64,000 nt of DNA from Tannerellaceae bacterium (GTDB lineage Bacteria > Bacteroidota > Bacteroidia > Bacteroidales > CAMTPD01). Below are positions 59,782-64,000 of this stretch, piece by piece (position 1 is the first letter of the stretch; the number at the start of each line of letters is the position of its first letter). The stretch lies in the NCBI GenBank assembly GCA_051656605.1, contig JBOGCF010000007.1:16556-80555 (forward strand). The letters run 5' to 3'. The notes beneath the pieces were generated by a model. The model ran no database searches and was not told where the DNA came from. It was given only the letters and a program-made list of their open reading frames with translations. Made by a program: the position numbers and the translations under genes.

Positions 59782-61974
59782 ATGAAGAACACTACTAAAT
59801 CTTTTATATGCCTCGCAAGTAGCATGATTTTACTACTCGGAAGCTGCTCGAGTAAAGAACAATCTCCTACACACCAACTCCTAGATAGAATAGAGCAAGG
59901 AACTAGTGATAAATTTATAATCGACATTATTCCGGCACAAGATGGAAAGGATTATTTCGAATTATCACAAAAAGGAGATAAAATAGCTATTGCAGGATCT
60001 AACCTCTCTAGTATCACTACTGGTATCAATTGGTATCTCAAACACTACGTAGGTGTACATTTATCATGGAATGGTATGCATGCAGACCTTCCTGACACAC
60101 TCCCTTCGGTATCTGAGAAAATTAGAATTGCGACAGATCAAACAATACGTTACGACTTCAACTATTGTACATATTCATATTCGATGGCTTTCTGGGATTG
60201 GGAGCGCTGGGAGAAAGAAATCGACTGGATGGCTCTTCATGGCGTAAATGCACCATTAGCGCTTACCGGTATGGAAGCTGTTTGGTATAATGTACTTGAA
60301 AAATTAGATTATTCAAAGGAAGAAATCAATGATTTCATTGCCGGACCAGGTTTCTTGGCATGGTGGCATATGAATAATCTTGAAGGTTGGGGTGGCCCAA
60401 ATCCTGATAATTGGTACACACAGCAGGTAGCATTACAAAAGAAAATTATTACGCGAATGCGCGAATTGGGTATTGAACCTGTGTTTCCGGGTTATGCCGG
60501 AATGGTTCCGAACAATGCTGCTCAAAAGTTAGGACTTAACGTTGCCGAACCTGGCGTATGGTGTGGCTATAAACGCCCGGCCTTTCTTCAACCAACCGAT
60601 CCCAGCTTTGACAAAATAGCAGATCTATATTATCAGGAAATGGAAAAACTATTTGGCAAAGCTAAATATTACAGCATTGACCCATTTCATGAAGGAGGCA
60701 GCACAGAAGGCGTTGATCTTGACAAAGCCGGAAAAGCCATTCACAGTGCCATGAAAAGAGCCAACAACGAGGCCACATGGGTAATTCAAGCATGGCAGGC
60801 AAATCCACGTCCCGAAATGGTGAACAATCTGCCACAAGGAGATTTATTAGTACTTGACTTATTTAGTGAAAGTCGCCCGATGTGGGGAGATGCACACTCT
60901 CCATGGTTTAGAGAAAATGGATACGACAAACATGAATGGCTATACTGCATGCTTCTCAATTTTGGAGGAAACGTAGGAATGCACGGAAAAATGGATCGCT
61001 TAATAAGTGGATACTACAAGACAAAGCAACATCCAAATGGAAAAACACTAAAAGGAGTTGGAGCTACAATGGAAGGGATCGAAAACAATCCTATCATGTA
61101 TGAGCTATTATTTGAGTTGCCATGGCGCACTACAGAGTTTTCGAAAGAAGACTGGTTAAACGATTATGTATTCGCGCGTTATGGCAAGAAACACTCCACA
61201 CTTTGGGAAGCATTGAAAATATTGGCGAATACTGCATATCAAGCACCATTTGATGGAACACAAGAGGGTACAACCGAATCTGTTTTTTGTGCTCGCCCGG
61301 CTCTTGATATTCATTCGGCATCAACATGGGGAACATCAAAGCTCTATTACGAACCTCAAGACCTCAGAGCCGGTGTTGAGAAGATGATTGCAGTGGCTCC
61401 CAACTACAAGTCGAATAACAACTTCCAATATGACCTTGTCGATGCTGTGCGACAAGCAATAGCCGACTCCGGCAATGTAGTACAGCGAGAAATAGCCGAA
61501 GCATTTAGAGCCAAAGACAAAGTTGCACTAAAACAAAAAAGCACCAACTTTCTCACACTCATTCAAGAACAAGACAGATTACTTGCTACTCGCCCGGAAT
61601 TTATGACCGGCACATGGATTGAACAGGCGAAAAAGATTGGAGCTACACAGCAAGAAAAAGATTTATACGAATGGAATGCCCGAACTCAAATTACATCTTG
61701 GGGAGATCGATACGCAGCCAATACGGGAGGCTTAAGAGATTATTCACACAGAGAGTGGTCGGGAATCTTAAACGATCTTTATTATAAACGATGGAAAATA
61801 TATCTTGACACAATCGCTACTTTTGTAAATGAAAAAGATATTCCGGAAATCGATTTCTATGCAATAGAAGAAGATTGGAACAATCAAAAGAAAATATATC
61901 CAACGAATTCACAAGCTCACCCTGTAGAAACAGCGTGCGAAATATATAACCGAATATTTAAACCCAACAACTAA
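59782..61974 (+). CDS. Alpha-N-acetylglucosaminidase (GH89), lipoprotein
   Basis: NYCTYSYSMAFWDWERWEKEIDWMALHGVN, MNNLEGWGGP, DPFHEGG, LLNFGGN, MEGIENNP, NARTQIT.W. Confidence 0.95.
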   Translation: MKNTTKSFICLASSMILLLGSCSSKEQSPTHQLLDRIEQGTSDKFIIDIIPAQDGKDYFELSQKGDKIAIAGSNLSSITTGINWYLKHYVGVHLSWNGMHADLPDTLPSVSEKIRIATDQTIRYDFNYCTYSYSMAFWDWERWEKEIDWMALHGVNAPLALTGMEAVWYNVLEKLDYSKEEINDFIAGPGFLAWWHMNNLEGWGGPNPDNWYTQQVALQKKIITRMRELGIEPVFPGYAGMVPNNAAQKLGLNVAEPGVWCGYKRPAFLQPTDPSFDKIADLYYQEMEKLFGKAKYYSIDPFHEGGSTEGVDLDKAGKAIHSAMKRANNEATWVIQAWQANPRPEMVNNLPQGDLLVLDLFSESRPMWGDAHSPWFRENGYDKHEWLYCMLLNFGGNVGMHGKMDRLISGYYKTKQHPNGKTLKGVGATMEGIENNPIMYELLFELPWRTTEFSKEDWLNDYVFARYGKKHSTLWEALKILANTAYQAPFDGTQEGTTESVFCARPALDIHSASTWGTSKLYYEPQDLRAGVEKMIAVAPNYKSNNNFQYDLVDAVRQAIADSGNVVQREIAEAFRAKDKVALKQKSTNFLTLIQEQDRLLATRPEFMTGTWIEQAKKIGATQQEKDLYEWNARTQITSWGDRYAANTGGLRDYSHREWSGILNDLYYKRWKIYLDTIATFVNEKDIPEIDFYAIEEDWNNQKKIYPTNSQAHPVETACEIYNRIFKPNN

Positions 61975-61975
61975 A

Positions 61976-63646
61976 ATGATACAATCGAAAAAATACAAAC
62001 TAGCACTACTTATGCTTGCCATGCAATCTCCTGCATGGGCACAATATGCACCTGAAGTCGTAGGCAAATGTCCAAGCGATGCATACATAGGTCTTTCTCT
62101 GCGCAAAGACAATGAAATAAGACATTACAACTACGGAGAGCAAGAAGAACCGGGACATTTCTATATTTCGAGTAAAGACAATGGAAAAACTTGGTCACGC
62201 GTAAATACCCCTGACTCCTTGTTTTATGCGGACAATTGCAATCCGCTTACGGATACCATGATTCGCTTGTTTTATGACAAAGGAGTATGGTGTATTCGCT
62301 ACAATGCCAATCAAGATGGCACTACACAAATCTCCAAGGTTACAGACAAACCTTTGATTATGATCAAGCCTCCGGTTTTTGTACGTGGAGGCAAACGCAT
62401 TTTAGTAGCAACTCACTATGCCGGACCTGACGCTTCAGAAAAGGGAGCACGTGTGCTTTATTCCGATGATGATGGTCTCACTTGGAATGAATCTGAAAAA
62501 GTAATGACACCTCCTCATAAAAAAGAAGGTTTTCACAAAGGTGTACGTTGGAATCATGGCGCAGTTGAACCTACGGTAATTGAATTAAACGATGGTCGTA
62601 TTTGGATGATAATGCGTACCCCTCAAGACTCACACTACCAATCTTACTCCTATGATGGCGGCGAAACATGGACAACCCCTACTCCTGCTCCATTCTATGG
62701 AACGATTACCATGCCAACAATTGGTCGCTTAAAAGATGGTCGCCTCTTATTTGTTTGGAACAACACGACCCCTTTACCTGAGCTAGCTTCAGCAAATGGT
62801 GTATGGGACGACGTTTTTACCAATCGCAATGTATTGCATGCAGCAATCTCGGAAGATGAGGGCAAAACATGGATAGGCATGCGTGAATTGTATCTCGACG
62901 AAGGTAGAAATAATGCAAACTTTGGCGACACAAAGGGTATGGACAAAAGTGTACATCAAAGTCAATTCGTAGAAACTGAACCGGGAAAGATCGTTATCGC
63001 AATTGGCCAAAACACAATCCATCGTAAGATTTTACGCTTTGATGTAGCTTGGCTCTATGAACAAGAGCGTTCTAATTCTTTTGAAAACGGATTGGCCGAC
63101 TGGACAACCTTCCAATATTACAAAGGGATAAAAGGTCACTGCGGATATAATCGAAAAGAAGGGGGAACATTAGTAGCACATCCAACATCAAAAAACCGCA
63201 ACATTCTCAATCTAAAACACACGGATAATGACTCATTGCTTTATGCTGGAGAGGGAGCACTATGGAACTTTCCGGCAATGATGAAAGGAAGCTTTAGCAC
63301 ATCCATTCGTATTCCAAAGAACTCAAAAGGCGGTGAATTGATCCTAAACGACCGTTGGTTTAATCCGACAGATACAACGGCATCTCATTTTGGAATGTTC
63401 AGGCTACCTCTTAACAGACAAATGCTAGGCATCAATGACGACAAGTTCCACACCATTCGAATCGTCTGGGATATTACAAGTCGTGATACATCAGCAAAAG
63501 TATTTGTCGACAAGCAAAAAAAAGCTGTAGCTGAATTACCGCTACAGAACTTACCTTTACATGGGATCTCATACACACAATTCATAACATCGCAAGAGAT
63601 TGATCCAATAGGATTTGACATTGAGTCTGTACACGCAACTAAATAA
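61976..63646 (+). CDS. BNR/Asp-box (sialidase-like) exported protein
   Basis: Four Asp boxes (SKDNGKTW, SDDDGLTW, SYDGGETW, SEDEGKTW) and EPTVIELNDG. Confidence 0.8.
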   Translation: MIQSKKYKLALLMLAMQSPAWAQYAPEVVGKCPSDAYIGLSLRKDNEIRHYNYGEQEEPGHFYISSKDNGKTWSRVNTPDSLFYADNCNPLTDTMIRLFYDKGVWCIRYNANQDGTTQISKVTDKPLIMIKPPVFVRGGKRILVATHYAGPDASEKGARVLYSDDDGLTWNESEKVMTPPHKKEGFHKGVRWNHGAVEPTVIELNDGRIWMIMRTPQDSHYQSYSYDGGETWTTPTPAPFYGTITMPTIGRLKDGRLLFVWNNTTPLPELASANGVWDDVFTNRNVLHAAISEDEGKTWIGMRELYLDEGRNNANFGDTKGMDKSVHQSQFVETEPGKIVIAIGQNTIHRKILRFDVAWLYEQERSNSFENGLADWTTFQYYKGIKGHCGYNRKEGGTLVAHPTSKNRNILNLKHTDNDSLLYAGEGALWNFPAMMKGSFSTSIRIPKNSKGGELILNDRWFNPTDTTASHFGMFRLPLNRQMLGINDDKFHTIRIVWDITSRDTSAKVFVDKQKKAVAELPLQNLPLHGISYTQFITSQEIDPIGFDIESVHATK

Positions 63647-63654
63647 ATCCGTCC

Positions 63655-63790
63655 AAAAACAATAAAAGTCGAACTTCGCTACAAAGTTCGACTTTTATTA
63701 TATGGTTCAAACCGGTTTCGCAATCGGCTTTTACCTAACTCTTCTTGTACTAATTAAAACGTATCCTAATAATATTTATTATGACTTCTC
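63655..63790 (-). ncRNA. Candidate small RNA of about 130 nt
   Basis: Minus-strand -7 element tatctttg (63797-63804), no ORF noticed, GCGA-tetraloop hairpin (63709-63730), ends at the terminator 63661-63699. Confidence 0.35.
63661..63699. terminator. Bidirectional intrinsic terminator
   Basis: aataaaagtcgaactt / aagttcgacttttatt perfect 16-bp inverted repeat. Confidence 0.85.
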
Positions 63791-64000
63791 ACATTGCAAA
63801 GATACGTTAGCCTTATTCCTCCCACAATCCCCACGAATCGGTATTTTTCAGACTTTCAGCTCACAAGATGTAGGTAAAACAGGCACAAAACCATGTTTGC
63901 TTCTTCTAAAAAGGCTGCTTACTTTTTCAGGAAACCATATTTGGTTCCTGGAAGAAGTACATAAGGTTTTTGACAAGATTTTTAATCGTTCGTCATTAAA

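Noticed and set aside
9-63621. Numerous 60-130-aa ORFs antisense to, or nested in, the long CDSs
   Set aside because: They overlap well-supported genes and show no recognisable motifs; expected shadow ORFs.
63848-64000. Open minus-strand frame at the window end (FNDERLKILSK...CELKV*)
   Set aside because: Only about 50 codons are visible with no recognisable motif; it cannot be called without the adjacent sequence.

Overview
AT-rich chromosomal segment of a Bacteroidales bacterium. The dnaN-dnaQ-coaBC-recN-rlmB-ridA and tsaD-cinA-rpmB-rpmG-DUF4295 gene orders, four SusC/SusD pairs and TAnnTTTG promoters point to a Parabacteroides/Tannerellaceae-like organism (inference). The window holds core housekeeping blocks, four SusC/SusD loci (with GH43, FAD oxidoreductase, M60 peptidase, GH89 and an Asp-box protein), an orphan GH16, a GDPD/BCCT pair and oxidative-stress genes. 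No rRNA, tRNA, CRISPR array or intact transposase/integrase was recognised. The most notable observations are: (1) coaBC is split at an A11-G (A_AAA_AAG) slippery tract exactly at the CoaC/CoaB domain junction, a candidate programmed frameshift; (2) an exported peroxiredoxin-DsrE fusion is interrupted by one in-frame TAA and sits under a candidate ECF promoter, opposite its ECF sigma/zinc anti-sigma pair; (3) a 1.4-kb gene-free island (about 17.65-19.07 kb) carries three degenerate tandem arrays with 22-, 21- and 23-bp periods, hairpins and a restriction-endonuclease-like gene remnant; (4) tamB appears to need a non-AUG start; (5) there is a candidate sRNA at about 63.7 kb and there are structured leaders upstream of rpmB and the BCCT gene. 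All family calls are from motif recognition only; no searches were run.
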